64,000 nt of DNA from Candidatus Altiarchaeota archaeon (lineage in GTDB: Archaea > Altiarchaeota > Altiarchaeia > IMC4 > QMZM01), in the NCBI GenBank assembly GCA_016931955.1, contig JAFGDV010000022.1, positions 51,768 through 115,767 on the forward strand, written 5' to 3'. The first letter of the stretch is position 1. The number at the start of each line of letters is the position of its first letter. This document shows positions 28,261-38,451 of this stretch, one piece after another. The notes below the pieces were generated by a model that was not told where the DNA came from, did not search any database, and saw nothing but the letters and a program-made list of their open reading frames with translations. The position numbers were made by a program, and so were the translations under genes.

Positions 28261-29472
28261 ATGATCGAGGATTTTCTCACACTATCTGCCAGGAATATAA
28301 TAAGCAGAGGAATCAGGAGCTGGCTGACCATGTTAGGGATCTTCGTCGGCATAGCCGCAATCGTCTCCCTCATCTCCCTGGGAGACGGCCTGGAAGCCGC
28401 CATAAATGAACAATTCGAGCTGCTTGGAAAAGACATGATATACATTATGCCTGGAGGAATGGCTGAGATGTTCTCAGGGGGGACAACATCGCTAAATGAC
28501 CACGACCTGGGGGTGATACGAGATGTTCACGGCGTTGAGCAGGTCGGCGGTATGACCACTATGTACACAAAGATAAAATTCAAGGACGAGGTGACATACT
28601 CGTTTGTTGGGGGCATAGACCCAGGAACCCAGGAGATCCTATTGGACAGCAGCGGAATAGAGGTCGTGAGAGGTCAGAAGAAGTTCAGGCAAAACGACAT
28701 ATACAAGGCCGCCGTAGGCTACGAGTACTGGATAGGCAATGTCTTCGACAGGCCTGTTAGAGTAGGCGATAAGATCACATTGAACGATAAAAGATTCGAA
28801 GTGGTTGGTGAGATGAGCAGGGTAGGCAATTCCGAAGACGACAAAAACATATATATCCCTATGAAGGGTGCACAGGAGCTATTCAACGTCAAGGATGAAT
28901 ACATTACTGCAATTGCAAGGGTTAGACCAAACTATGAAACAGACCAGGTCGCAGAGGACATAGAGAAGGCCATGAGAAGGGATCGCGGCCTCAAGGAGGG
29001 TGAAGAAGACTTCCAGGTGCAGAGCCTGGAGCAGATGATGGAAGCCACCTCCATTGTTTTAGATGCTGTGCAGTGGGTTGTTATCTTCATAGCCATGATC
29101 TCGCTCTTTGTTGGAGGCATCGGGATAATGAATACAATGTACACCTCGGTATTGGAGAGAACACACGAGATTGGAGTGATAAAGGCCGTCGGAGCCAGGA
29201 ATGAAGACATACTGCTTCTGTTCCTTATTGAATCAGGCACCATCGGGATGATCGGAGGTAGCATAGGTTGTTTGATAGGCATCCTCATAAGCAAGGGTCT
29301 CGAATATATTGCCGTAACAGTGTTCGACGTAGTCCTGCTCAAGGCAGCCATCACCCCAGGATTAGTCATAGGAGCCCTCGCATTCTCTTTCCTTGTTGGA
29401 AGCCTTTCTGGGATTCTACCGGCGTGGCAGGCTTCTCAGCTGAAGCCCGTCGACGCCCTCAGATATGAATGA
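28261..29472 (+). CDS. MacB/FtsX-type ABC permease (paralog)
   Basis: Same motifs; ends PVDALRYE. Confidence 0.93.
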   Translation: MIEDFLTLSARNIISRGIRSWLTMLGIFVGIAAIVSLISLGDGLEAAINEQFELLGKDMIYIMPGGMAEMFSGGTTSLNDHDLGVIRDVHGVEQVGGMTTMYTKIKFKDEVTYSFVGGIDPGTQEILLDSSGIEVVRGQKKFRQNDIYKAAVGYEYWIGNVFDRPVRVGDKITLNDKRFEVVGEMSRVGNSEDDKNIYIPMKGAQELFNVKDEYITAIARVRPNYETDQVAEDIEKAMRRDRGLKEGEEDFQVQSLEQMMEATSIVLDAVQWVVIFIAMISLFVGGIGIMNTMYTSVLERTHEIGVIKAVGARNEDILLLFLIESGTIGMIGGSIGCLIGILISKGLEYIAVTVFDVVLLKAAITPGLVIGALAFSFLVGSLSGILPAWQASQLKPVDALRYE

Positions 29473-29610
29473 ACCCCCACCAGCGGCTTGGATAATCCAA
29501 AATGCAAATCAACTATGCTCGGGGGGAGGATCCTCCCCGCGGTTTGGACGCGCTCAGGTATGGATAGTTCTTGTTTTTATGCTGTAGAACACATTATATA
29601 GAGATACACG

Positions 29611-30570
29611 ATGGCGTTTTCGCTCATGAATCTGGCGTATTTTCTGGGTGCCTGCGGTCTCTTGGTTGTGAGTGCTGAACTCTTGGTGAACTCCCTGCTA
29701 AGGATTGCCCAATATTATCGACTGCGCGAATTCGTCGTCGGATTCATTGTAGTAGCGTTCGCGGCAATAATACCTGAGTTCTTCATCGGAGTAAACTCGG
29801 CATTAAACCAGAACCCTGCCCTGGCACTGGGAAACGTCATAGGGGCAAACATAATAGACCTGACACTGATTATTGGCATAATAACGATTCTGAGAGGAGG
29901 CATTCGAGTGGAGACAAAAGCGGTGAGATCAGATACGCTGTATATGTTCGGCATGGTAATGCTACCACTGCTCCTCATGTTAGTGTACCAAAAGATAGAT
30001 AGATTCGGAGGCTTTGTGTTGTTGCTCGGATTCGTCTTCTATGTTTCAAGGCTGCTCTCACAGGAAAAGAGATTCACGAAAAGGCTTGAATCAATACCAA
30101 AGAAGAACTTGATAGTACATATAGTAATCGCTGCTATAGGATTCGTCTTCATCTACTTCTTCTCTATCCTGGTTGTGAGAACAGCCAGCGTGCTTGCCTC
30201 AGACCTAAATGCTCCACCCATACTGATCGGGTTATTCTTCATCGCATTCGGCACAACGCTGCCGGAATTCACCTTCGAGACAAAGGCTATACTGACGAGA
30301 CACAAGTACACTGCGCTTGGGGATCTAATAGGAAATGTCGTAGCGAGGTCGACGCTCGTCTTGGGGGTGACTGCGATAATATATCCAATACAAGCAGACT
30401 ACCTGCTGTTCCTGACGAGCGCGTTCTTCATGCTGATCGTCGCCTTTTTATTCACGACATTCGTGGACGTGGAAAAACACATACTTGTACAAGAAGGGAT
30501 CGCATTAATAATCCTATACATCCTCTTTATAATCGTAGAGCTCAATATCAGGGTACTGGAGATCGGGTGA
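29611..30570 (+). CDS. Na+/Ca2+ (CaCA/YrbG) antiporter
   Basis: Alpha repeats IIPE...GNVIGAN and GTTLPE...GDLIG. Confidence 0.9.
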   Translation: MAFSLMNLAYFLGACGLLVVSAELLVNSLLRIAQYYRLREFVVGFIVVAFAAIIPEFFIGVNSALNQNPALALGNVIGANIIDLTLIIGIITILRGGIRVETKAVRSDTLYMFGMVMLPLLLMLVYQKIDRFGGFVLLLGFVFYVSRLLSQEKRFTKRLESIPKKNLIVHIVIAAIGFVFIYFFSILVVRTASVLASDLNAPPILIGLFFIAFGTTLPEFTFETKAILTRHKYTALGDLIGNVVARSTLVLGVTAIIYPIQADYLLFLTSAFFMLIVAFLFTTFVDVEKHILVQEGIALIILYILFIIVELNIRVLEIG

Positions 30571-30571
30571 A

Positions 30572-30742
30572 ATGGAAGTCGAAAACTGTTATGGATGTGG
30601 CGGGTGTGTGGCTGTGTGCCCAACGGGGGCGATAACTATCATAGAGGAAGTTGAGATAGACGCAGAGAAATGCGTTAAATGCGGCAGATGCGAACTCATG
30701 TGCCCTGCAGGCTTGATCAGGATAGATGGGAGTCAGCGATGA
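30572..30742 (+). CDS. 2x[4Fe-4S] ferredoxin (56 aa; not in ORF track)
   Basis: CYGCGGCVAVCP and CVKCGRCELMCP; overlaps the DGGR start. Confidence 0.9.
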   Translation: MEVENCYGCGGCVAVCPTGAITIIEEVEIDAEKCVKCGRCELMCPAGLIRIDGSQR

Positions 30743-31914
30743 AAATAGAGGACGAATACGATGTCGTCGTAGTCGGTGCAGGTCCAGCAGGCTCGATGGC
30801 CGCCAGATTCGCGGCAGAGAAAGCCGGGGTCTTGGTCGTGGACAAACACAGAGAAATAGGCTCCCCGAAGAGGTGCGGCGAAGGGCTTGGGATAAGAACA
30901 TTCTCCGAATTTAGCATTCCTGTAGATAGGCGCTTCATAAACCAAGACATTTATGGTTCGGTGATCTACGCACCAAACGGCAGAGAGGTTTCTATAAGAT
31001 ATGACGAGGTGATGGGCTACATCATAGAGAGGAAGATATTCGACAAATACCTTGCCACAGAAGCTGTTAGGGCTGGGGCAGCGGTTATGGCAGAATCCTA
31101 TGCTACCCTCTGGATGGAAGACGGCAAACTCAAGGGGATTAAGTTAAGACGCCAGGGCGAGGAGCTGGATATAAGGTCGAGGATAGTAATAGCTGCGGAC
31201 GGTGTGGAATCGCAGATAGCCCGACAGATGGGATTGAACACGACCGTGAATCCATATGACATGGACTCCTGCATTGAGTATGAGATGTGTGGGATAGACT
31301 ACAAAGACATGGACATGCTCCACATCTTTTTGGGGAACAAGATAGCGCCAAGGGGTTATGTGTGGATATTCCCAAAAGACGATGATCGGGCAAACGTTGG
31401 AATAGGGATCGCTGGCGATGTGGGAGAGACTGCGAAATACTACCTCGACAAATTCATCGCCGAACACCAGGGCCTAGCTGATGGGAGCATACTTGAAGTC
31501 AACGTTGGTTCGGTTCCAGTAGGCGGCTTCCTGGAAAACATGGTGAAAGACAATCTGCTGGTTGTAGGAGACGCTGCAAGGCAGGTGAATCCGATACACG
31601 GCGGCGGGATAAGTGAAGCCATGCATGCTGGAAGGCTTGCTGGGACTACGGTGGCGAAGGCTGTAAAAGAAGACAACCTAGGAATACTGGGGGAATACAA
31701 TGAAGAGTGGTGGTCTACAAAAGGCCTGAAGCTGAAGAAGGTGTTAAAGGTCAGGAACTTCACAGAAAAACTGGATGATGAAGACCTGGACTATCTTGCA
31801 ACAATCTGGTCGGGGGAGGACCTGATGGAGATAACTCGCGGAAACCATAAGACTGCATTCAAGAAAATAGTAAAGCACCCTAAACTGCTTAAGTGGGTTA
31901 AGAATTTTTTATGA
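30739..31914 (+). CDS. Digeranylgeranylglycerophospholipid reductase
   Basis: GAGPAG, PKRCGEG, GYVWIFPK, GDAA, GGGI. Confidence 0.9.
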   Translation: MKIEDEYDVVVVGAGPAGSMAARFAAEKAGVLVVDKHREIGSPKRCGEGLGIRTFSEFSIPVDRRFINQDIYGSVIYAPNGREVSIRYDEVMGYIIERKIFDKYLATEAVRAGAAVMAESYATLWMEDGKLKGIKLRRQGEELDIRSRIVIAADGVESQIARQMGLNTTVNPYDMDSCIEYEMCGIDYKDMDMLHIFLGNKIAPRGYVWIFPKDDDRANVGIGIAGDVGETAKYYLDKFIAEHQGLADGSILEVNVGSVPVGGFLENMVKDNLLVVGDAARQVNPIHGGGISEAMHAGRLAGTTVAKAVKEDNLGILGEYNEEWWSTKGLKLKKVLKVRNFTEKLDDEDLDYLATIWSGEDLMEITRGNHKTAFKKIVKHPKLLKWVKNFL

Positions 31915-31925
31915 AAAAAAGGGTA

Positions 31926-31946
31926 TTAGTGGATTGCATCCACTAA
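31926..31946. terminator. Hairpin between convergent genes
   Basis: TTAGTGGAT-tgc-ATCCACTAA. Confidence 0.6.
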
Positions 31947-31947
31947 A

Positions 31948-32250
31948 CTACTTCGTCTTCCTCGAAAGTGCGTCTATCTTCTTCTCCAGACGCTTTATAT
32001 CATCCTTTGAAGCGAAATCAACCTTCTTCAATGCCTTCTTGATATGATCATCTATCCTCTTCGTCAACTCCTTGCTTTGTTTCTCTGCTTGAGTCACAAT
32101 GTCCTTCGCAAGGACCTTTCCCTCTTCTCGATTTATCTCCCCCTTCTTGACCAAATCGTTTGCTATTTCCTCTGCCTTTTCCTTCGTCAATACAGCGATC
32201 CCAAGACCCAGCAGACCCATCTTCCTTATGTATTCTTTCATAGAAGTCAC
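31948..32250 (-). CDS. Phasin-like protein
   Basis: GLG...TKEKAEE...LVKKGE..EEG; ASKDDIKRLEKKID. Confidence 0.85.
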   Translation of the reverse strand: MTSMKEYIRKMGLLGLGIAVLTKEKAEEIANDLVKKGEINREEGKVLAKDIVTQAEKQSKELTKRIDDHIKKALKKVDFASKDDIKRLEKKIDALSRKTK

Positions 32251-32285
32251 CTCTTGGATAATCTATTGTATGTAGTAGATAAAAG

Positions 32286-33950
32286 CTAGAACCTGCCGCT
32301 CCTTAGAATGGACAAAACCAACACCATGCCAAGTACCGCAGCCATTATGTAACCTATTATGCCAAAAACAGGAAGTTCAAATAGGAGAGGACCTGTACCA
32401 GTGAGCAATACAACAGACGAACCCACGATAAGGGAGGATATGATGAGGCTCACAGATAGCCTGTTGCTTGCAACATCCATCTCCGATATAAGCCTGTTCA
32501 AGCCCTTGTGCTCGAGGTCTATTAAAAGCTTGCCCTTTTCCAACTGAGATAGTATGTTATCTATCCTTCGAGGAAACGCCTTCACCAGCTCATTTAATTC
32601 AGAAAGATTCTCTATCACCCTATTGATGAAGTAGCGAGGGTGCATCCTCTCCACGATCAATGACTCCACGAAGGGTTTCGAGACCTCTGTAAGGTTGAAT
32701 TCAGGATTCAGTTGTCTGCAAACACCTTCCACAGTCACAAGCGCCTTAATCAACAGAACAAAGTCTGTGGGAATCCTTATCCTGTGTCTCAAGGATACCA
32801 TCAATACTTCATTCATCAAAGTAGAGATGTTAACCTGGCCCAGAGTGGTCCCATAATATGTCTCTATAAGCTCCGACAGATCTTCCTTGAATTCTGGAAG
32901 AGACGTTTCCTCGTCCAGCATGCCGATGTCCAAGAACTCATCTATTATCTTATTAGTATCCCTCCGTATCACGGCAACGAAAACGCTCCCAAGCTTTTCC
33001 TTCATGTAGTCGTCGACCCTCCCCACTATGCCAAAGTCCAAGAAGGCTATCCTCTCATTTCTGATCACGAGGATGTTCCCCGGATGGGGATCAGCGTGAA
33101 AGAACCCATGCACCAATATCTGCTTCAGACAAGATCGGGCTATCTTCTCTGCAAGATCCAGCCGGATGCTTTCATCCAGTTCCTTATCCAGTTCGCCTAC
33201 CTTCGTCCCCTTGATGTAGTCCATGACCAGGATCTTCTTGCTGCTGAAGTCCCAGTAAACAGCCGGCACACAGACGACGGGATCGTCTTCAAAGTTTTTC
33301 GCAAATTTGTCCATATGCCTTCCTTCTACGGCGAAATCCAATTCTTTTCTTATGGCCTTGGCGAACTCCTCCACGATGCCCACTGGATTGTAGAGCTCGC
33401 TCTCTGGTATGTGTTTCACAACCAGCCTTGCCAGATTGAATAGTATGTCAAGATCCGCCTCAACCGTTTCCCCTATCATGGGCCGCTGCAGTTTCACGAT
33501 CACGTCCTTCCCTTCCAAGACAGCCCTGTGCACCTGAGCAATAGATGCTGCCGCTATTGGCTCCCTTTCGAATGAATAGAAGAGTTCATCTATTGCAGAA
33601 CCCAGCTCCTCCTGGATTATCGACCTAACCTCCTCAAAACCGAAACCTGGGACGCTGTCCTGGAGCTTCCTGAATTCGTGGACGTATTCCTCGGGCACCA
33701 GATCAGGTCTCAGTGAAAGCATCTGCCCGAATTTAACAAATGCCGGCCCCAGCTCCTCCAACACGAGCCTCGCCCTCACTGGAACAGGTATCTTCTCAAC
33801 CCCCTCCCCCGGCTTCCCCAGCAGGGGGAGCTTGATGTCCAGTTGAGCTATAAAGTGACCGAAGCCGTGCTTGATGAGAATGTTGACTATCTCCCTGCTT
33901 CTCTTGATTTGCTCAATCTTCCGGTGTATTCCACCGAACAACTCAACCAC
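32286..33950 (-). CDS. ubiB: UbiB/AarF/ABC1 atypical kinase
   Basis: LGPAFVKFGQ, AAASIAQVH, HADPHPGN, DFG. Confidence 0.9.
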   Translation of the reverse strand: MVELFGGIHRKIEQIKRSREIVNILIKHGFGHFIAQLDIKLPLLGKPGEGVEKIPVPVRARLVLEELGPAFVKFGQMLSLRPDLVPEEYVHEFRKLQDSVPGFGFEEVRSIIQEELGSAIDELFYSFEREPIAAASIAQVHRAVLEGKDVIVKLQRPMIGETVEADLDILFNLARLVVKHIPESELYNPVGIVEEFAKAIRKELDFAVEGRHMDKFAKNFEDDPVVCVPAVYWDFSSKKILVMDYIKGTKVGELDKELDESIRLDLAEKIARSCLKQILVHGFFHADPHPGNILVIRNERIAFLDFGIVGRVDDYMKEKLGSVFVAVIRRDTNKIIDEFLDIGMLDEETSLPEFKEDLSELIETYYGTTLGQVNISTLMNEVLMVSLRHRIRIPTDFVLLIKALVTVEGVCRQLNPEFNLTEVSKPFVESLIVERMHPRYFINRVIENLSELNELVKAFPRRIDNILSQLEKGKLLIDLEHKGLNRLISEMDVASNRLSVSLIISSLIVGSSVVLLTGTGPLLFELPVFGIIGYIMAAVLGMVLVLSILRSGRF

Positions 33951-34020
33951 TTTCTTATTAGATTACGTAGGTGGGATTAATAACCTTTGGCGGGATTTAA
34001 GACACTGCGCATAAGTAATT

Positions 34021-35232
34021 ATGATGGATGGAAAAGAGGGCAGGCTTATCATAGGTGTTAGCGCTAACGTCTTCCTCTTGGGGATAGTGAGCTTCCTAAC
34101 GGATATGAGCTCCGAGATCATAACGCCCATCCTCCCCTTCTTCATCACCGCCCTAGGGGGTGCTGGATTGATTATCGGCCTTGTGGGCGGCTTAGCGGAC
34201 AGCATATCCTCACTCCTGAACGTATTCTCAGGCTATCTGTCGGATAGATCGGGTAAACGCAAGGTCTTCATCTTCTCCGGCTATGGGCTTTCCTCGCTGG
34301 CTAAGCTGCTTCTCGCCTTCTCTGCTTCTTGGATTCACGTCCTAATCCTGAAGCCCCTTGAGAGGGTGGGTAAGGGCCTGAGGAGCGCTCCAAGGGATGC
34401 CATAATCGCGGATTCAAAAAAGAGAGTTCGGGGGAAATCCTTCGGCATACACCGAGCCATGGACAGCGCCGGCGCCATTATTGGGGCAATACTGGCGCTT
34501 GTCCTGATATACGCATATGGAGAGAATTATGAGAGGATAATACTCATCGCCGCATTCATAGGCTTCCTTGCGTTGATTCCACTAGCATTCGTCAAGGAGG
34601 GGGATATCAAGCCGAAGAAGACCACGCTGAAGATAAGCCTAAAAGCCCTGCCGAAGGAATTCCGGCTTTTCCTCTTTATAGTTACAGTATTTGCCTTGGG
34701 CAATTTCACGAACATGTTTTTCATCCTCCGGGCGGAGGAGTCCTTCACAGCTACTTCAGGCTTGAACATACCATTCATCAATTCAGGCATTACTGTCGCA
34801 CTGGCACTCTACGTCTGGTTCAACATAGTATACACCCTGTTCGCCGCCCCAGTTGGGGTCCTCTCCGACAGGATCGGGAGAAAGAGGGTGCTCATCATGG
34901 GTTACATCCTCTTCGGGGTCACCTGCCTCGGGTTCGCGCTCTTCAAGTCATTCATCGTCTTTGTTTTATTGTTCGCCCTCTACGGCCTCTTCTCGGCTTT
35001 CACGGACGCTACTCAGAGGGCATATGCCTCAGATTTGATAACAGAAGACTTGCGAGGAACCGCGCTTGGAGCATTCCACACATCCATAGCGTTAGCGACC
35101 CTGCCGTCTGGGATCATAGCAGGAGCGCTCTGGCAGTACCTCAGCCCAGAGGCAGCATTCCTCTACGGATCAGGTATCGGCTTCATCGCAACAATAATGT
35201 TAACCATTTCTGATATCAAGCAGAAGGAATAG
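34021..35232 (+). CDS. MFS transporter
   Basis: GYLSDRSGKRK and GVLSDRIGRKR motifs; multiple TMs. Confidence 0.9.
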   Translation: MMDGKEGRLIIGVSANVFLLGIVSFLTDMSSEIITPILPFFITALGGAGLIIGLVGGLADSISSLLNVFSGYLSDRSGKRKVFIFSGYGLSSLAKLLLAFSASWIHVLILKPLERVGKGLRSAPRDAIIADSKKRVRGKSFGIHRAMDSAGAIIGAILALVLIYAYGENYERIILIAAFIGFLALIPLAFVKEGDIKPKKTTLKISLKALPKEFRLFLFIVTVFALGNFTNMFFILRAEESFTATSGLNIPFINSGITVALALYVWFNIVYTLFAAPVGVLSDRIGRKRVLIMGYILFGVTCLGFALFKSFIVFVLLFALYGLFSAFTDATQRAYASDLITEDLRGTALGAFHTSIALATLPSGIIAGALWQYLSPEAAFLYGSGIGFIATIMLTISDIKQKE

Positions 35233-35272
35233 CCCATACCTTTTAACCCCCTACAGGGAATATATACTAGAG

Positions 35273-36760
35273 ATGAGCGAAAGCATAAGCAAGAGGAACA
35301 AGAGGTATTGGAGGGTCTTCGGGATACTAATTGCTGCCTTGCTCTTATATATGTTATACAGGCTAGGCGGATACATCGACGTGATCCTCTATGGGATCTT
35401 CGTATACTACGTCACCAGACCGATTTATGAGAGGGTGAACAAGAAGCTTAATAAGAAGAACATCTCTGCGGGGCTTTCACTCTTCCTCTTCGTACTGCCG
35501 GTGATACTGATCTTCATATACGCATCCATCGTCGCCGCCGTCGAATTGAATAGTCTTCTGGGAAGCATAGACTATGAGATACCTGTCGAATCCTTCGAAG
35601 AGACCATAGACCAACTGAACGTGATAGGGAAAGAGCTGACGTCTAGAGATAATGAAACATGTTCAATACCTACTTGCTTTGATGGCATACAAAACCAGGA
35701 TGAAACTGGAATAGACTGCGGAGGAACATGCCAACCCTGCCACTGCAAGAACGAAATACTGGACGAAAACGAGACAGAGATAGACTGCGGAGGAACATGC
35801 CAACCCTGCCACTGCAAGAACGAAATACTGGACGAAAACGAGACAGAGATAGACTGCGGAGGAAGTTGTCTGCCCTGTGGAAACGAGGAATCCTGTTTAG
35901 TGGACGGAGACTGCACCACGGGATTGTGCCATGAGGGAACATGCCAGACGCCAAGCTGCGACAGTGAACAGTTGATTCCACAAGAAGATCACACCCAGGT
36001 AACACAGGAAAAAAAGAACCTTACACCAAGTGAGCTATGGACTATGATAACAGACAGACTCAACCTGAGCGAATTCATAGGACCCATCACAGATATTATT
36101 AACAACGTAGTCAATCTCATCGTCATGTTTGCGTTCAAGTTGTTCCTCATGTTCACAATAGGCTTCTACCTGCTGAAAGACGGCCACCAGCTCAGGGAAT
36201 GGTTCCCAAAATCAGCCCTTGGAGGGGACACCGAACTCTTCGAAAGATTCATTGAATCAGTAGACAAAGACCTGCAGAAGATCTTCTTCGGCAACATCCT
36301 AGTCGCGGTGCTCACCGCCTGTATAGCCATCGTCCTCTTCCACATTCTGAATTTCATCGCGCCAGGATTATCTCCAGGATTAAAGCTCGAGATACCCTAC
36401 CCATTCCTCCTCGGACTACTGTGTGGAATAGGGATCTTTGTGCCAGGGATAGGTATAAAAATCGTATGGGTGCCTCTTTGGATGTATCTAGCAATCCAGG
36501 CATATCTGCATAACATGCTCTTAGGCGCAGGATGGTTCCTTCTGCTCTTTCCGGTGACCGTCTTCCTGCTGGTGGATCTCGCCCCAGACCTCATCCTGCG
36601 ACCGATAATAAGCTCAAGGAGGATACATAGGGGGGTGCTGCTGCTGGCATACCTCTTCGGCTACATAGCCTTCGGCTTCATGGGACTATTCCTCGGACCT
36701 ATAATAATCGTCCTGGCGACGAACTTCATCAGCATTGTTCTACCCGAGATACGGGGTTAG
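35273..36760 (+). CDS. AI-2E family transporter with inserted DCGG Cys-repeat cassette
   Basis: YVTRP.Y, FYLLKDG, P.IG, LRP...HR..LL.YLFG..FGF.GLFLGP; insert at ~35650-35965. Confidence 0.85.
   Translation: MSESISKRNKRYWRVFGILIAALLLYMLYRLGGYIDVILYGIFVYYVTRPIYERVNKKLNKKNISAGLSLFLFVLPVILIFIYASIVAAVELNSLLGSIDYEIPVESFEETIDQLNVIGKELTSRDNETCSIPTCFDGIQNQDETGIDCGGTCQPCHCKNEILDENETEIDCGGTCQPCHCKNEILDENETEIDCGGSCLPCGNEESCLVDGDCTTGLCHEGTCQTPSCDSEQLIPQEDHTQVTQEKKNLTPSELWTMITDRLNLSEFIGPITDIINNVVNLIVMFAFKLFLMFTIGFYLLKDGHQLREWFPKSALGGDTELFERFIESVDKDLQKIFFGNILVAVLTACIAIVLFHILNFIAPGLSPGLKLEIPYPFLLGLLCGIGIFVPGIGIKIVWVPLWMYLAIQAYLHNMLLGAGWFLLLFPVTVFLLVDLAPDLILRPIISSRRIHRGVLLLAYLFGYIAFGFMGLFLGPIIIVLATNFISIVLPEIRG
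35711..35864 (+). repeat. Exact 69-bp tandem repeat (2 units + 16 bp)
   Basis: Units start at 35711, 35780 and 35849; each encodes IDCGGTCQPCHCKNEILDENETE. Confidence 0.95.
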
Positions 36761-36794
36761 TTATCTTGATTCAATCCAATCTTTCAATCATAGA

Positions 36795-38315
36795 ATGGCC
36801 CTTTACAATCTTTTGAGAAAAACTGAAAGCCTATGCCCAAGGTGCCTGGAAAAGATCCCGGCAGAACTGGTTGAAGAAGAAGGTAAGGTACTGATCAAAA
36901 AAGAGTGCCCTGAACACGGCAGATTCTCTGACATATACTGGAGCGATGTTGAAAACTACAAGAAGACGATAGAATGCTGGAATAATGGAACGGGGGTGGA
37001 GAACCCAAGAACGAAGAGAAACAGGGGCTGCCCCTACGACTGCGGCTTATGTGAGGAACACATGAGTCAGACGGTCTTAGGCATAGTCGACGTAACCAAC
37101 CGCTGCAACCTTAAATGCCCCATCTGCTTCGCAAACTCTGATTCCACTAAGAGGGTCTATGAGCCAACCAGGGAGGAGATAAGGGCGATGCTCCAGAATC
37201 TACGGGATAATAGGCCAATACCCTCATTCGCCCTCCAGTTCTCCGGCGGAGAGCCGACGATGAGAGACGACCTCCCCGAGCTCATAAAGATCGCGAAAGA
37301 TGTTGGTTTCACCTACGTCATGGTGGACACCAACGGCATAAGGGTCGCAAGAGACGTAAAATACCTGGAGAAGTTGAAAGACGCAGGAATGAACTCCTTC
37401 TATCTGCAGTTCGATGGCTTAGACGATGAAATCTACGAGAAAACCCGCGGCGAAAGATTACTGAACACAAAACTCAAGGTAATCGAAAACTGCCGTAAAT
37501 TAGGTTATAGGTGCGTTGTATTAGTCGCCACATTAATCAAGGGAGTGAATGACCACCAGGTCGGGGGCATAATAGAGTTCGCAATAAGGAACAGCGACGT
37601 CATATCATGCGTTAACTTTCAGCCAATCTCCTTCTCCGGCAAGGCATCGCAGATAGAGGTGAAGGACGGCCGGATCACCACCTCAGAGTTCGTAAAACTA
37701 GTGGAAAAGCAGACTAAGGGGAAACTGATAGAAGAACACTTCTATCCAGTACCCTCGCTCGTACCCATATCTCGGTTCATCGGAGCATACAAAAAGAAGC
37801 CGGCCATACAGCTGAGCACACACCCATGCTGCGGAGTCGGCGCTTACCTTATAATCTACGAAGACCAGGAAGCCTTCCCAATAAATGACGTGATAAACGT
37901 GGGCAGACTCCTCGAGGTGCTAGATACAGGTGCCAAGAGATTGGAGGGTGAAAAAAGACTTATCAGCAACCTCAAAGACCTAAAGACTGCGACAGAAGTC
38001 TTAGGCGATGTCGTACATGCTATCGTAGACAAAAAGCTGCGAAAACTGATGATCGACATCCTAAAGAAGGGCACAATCCATTCAGTGATGAACCTGCACC
38101 AAAACACTTTAATGATAGGCTGCATGCACTTCATGGACCCCTGGAACTTCGACATAGAAAGAGTGGAAAGGTGTGTTATACACTACGCCACACCAGACGG
38201 CAGAATCATACCCTTCTGCTCCTACAACAACATACACCGACAAGAAGTGGAGAGAAAACACTCAACCCCATTAGAGGAGTGGAAGAAAAAAAAGCTGCAA
38301 GAATTACTCTCCTAA
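36795..38315 (+). CDS. tes: Tetraether lipid synthase-like radical SAM enzyme (MJ0619 family)
   Basis: SLCP.C...CPEHG N-domain; GCPYDCGLC..H; CNLKCPIC; HPCCG; MHFMD..NFD..R..RC.IHY..PFC. Confidence 0.8.
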   Translation: MALYNLLRKTESLCPRCLEKIPAELVEEEGKVLIKKECPEHGRFSDIYWSDVENYKKTIECWNNGTGVENPRTKRNRGCPYDCGLCEEHMSQTVLGIVDVTNRCNLKCPICFANSDSTKRVYEPTREEIRAMLQNLRDNRPIPSFALQFSGGEPTMRDDLPELIKIAKDVGFTYVMVDTNGIRVARDVKYLEKLKDAGMNSFYLQFDGLDDEIYEKTRGERLLNTKLKVIENCRKLGYRCVVLVATLIKGVNDHQVGGIIEFAIRNSDVISCVNFQPISFSGKASQIEVKDGRITTSEFVKLVEKQTKGKLIEEHFYPVPSLVPISRFIGAYKKKPAIQLSTHPCCGVGAYLIIYEDQEAFPINDVINVGRLLEVLDTGAKRLEGEKRLISNLKDLKTATEVLGDVVHAIVDKKLRKLMIDILKKGTIHSVMNLHQNTLMIGCMHFMDPWNFDIERVERCVIHYATPDGRIIPFCSYNNIHRQEVERKHSTPLEEWKKKKLQELLS

Positions 38316-38451
38316 TCAGACGAATTAAAAAACCCTGAGTCCAATAATTAAAACCAGACAAACCAAAAAGATGAAACACCCAGCAGCCTTTTCTTTAAAA
38401 AAGAAAACACTGGCGAAAAGAAAACCAAATACTTGACCCCCAACCAAAAAG

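Noticed and set aside
29505-29570. GGGGAGGATCCTCCCC palindrome upstream of the Na/Ca antiporter as a riboswitch
   Set aside because: A single stem with no recognisable aptamer consensus
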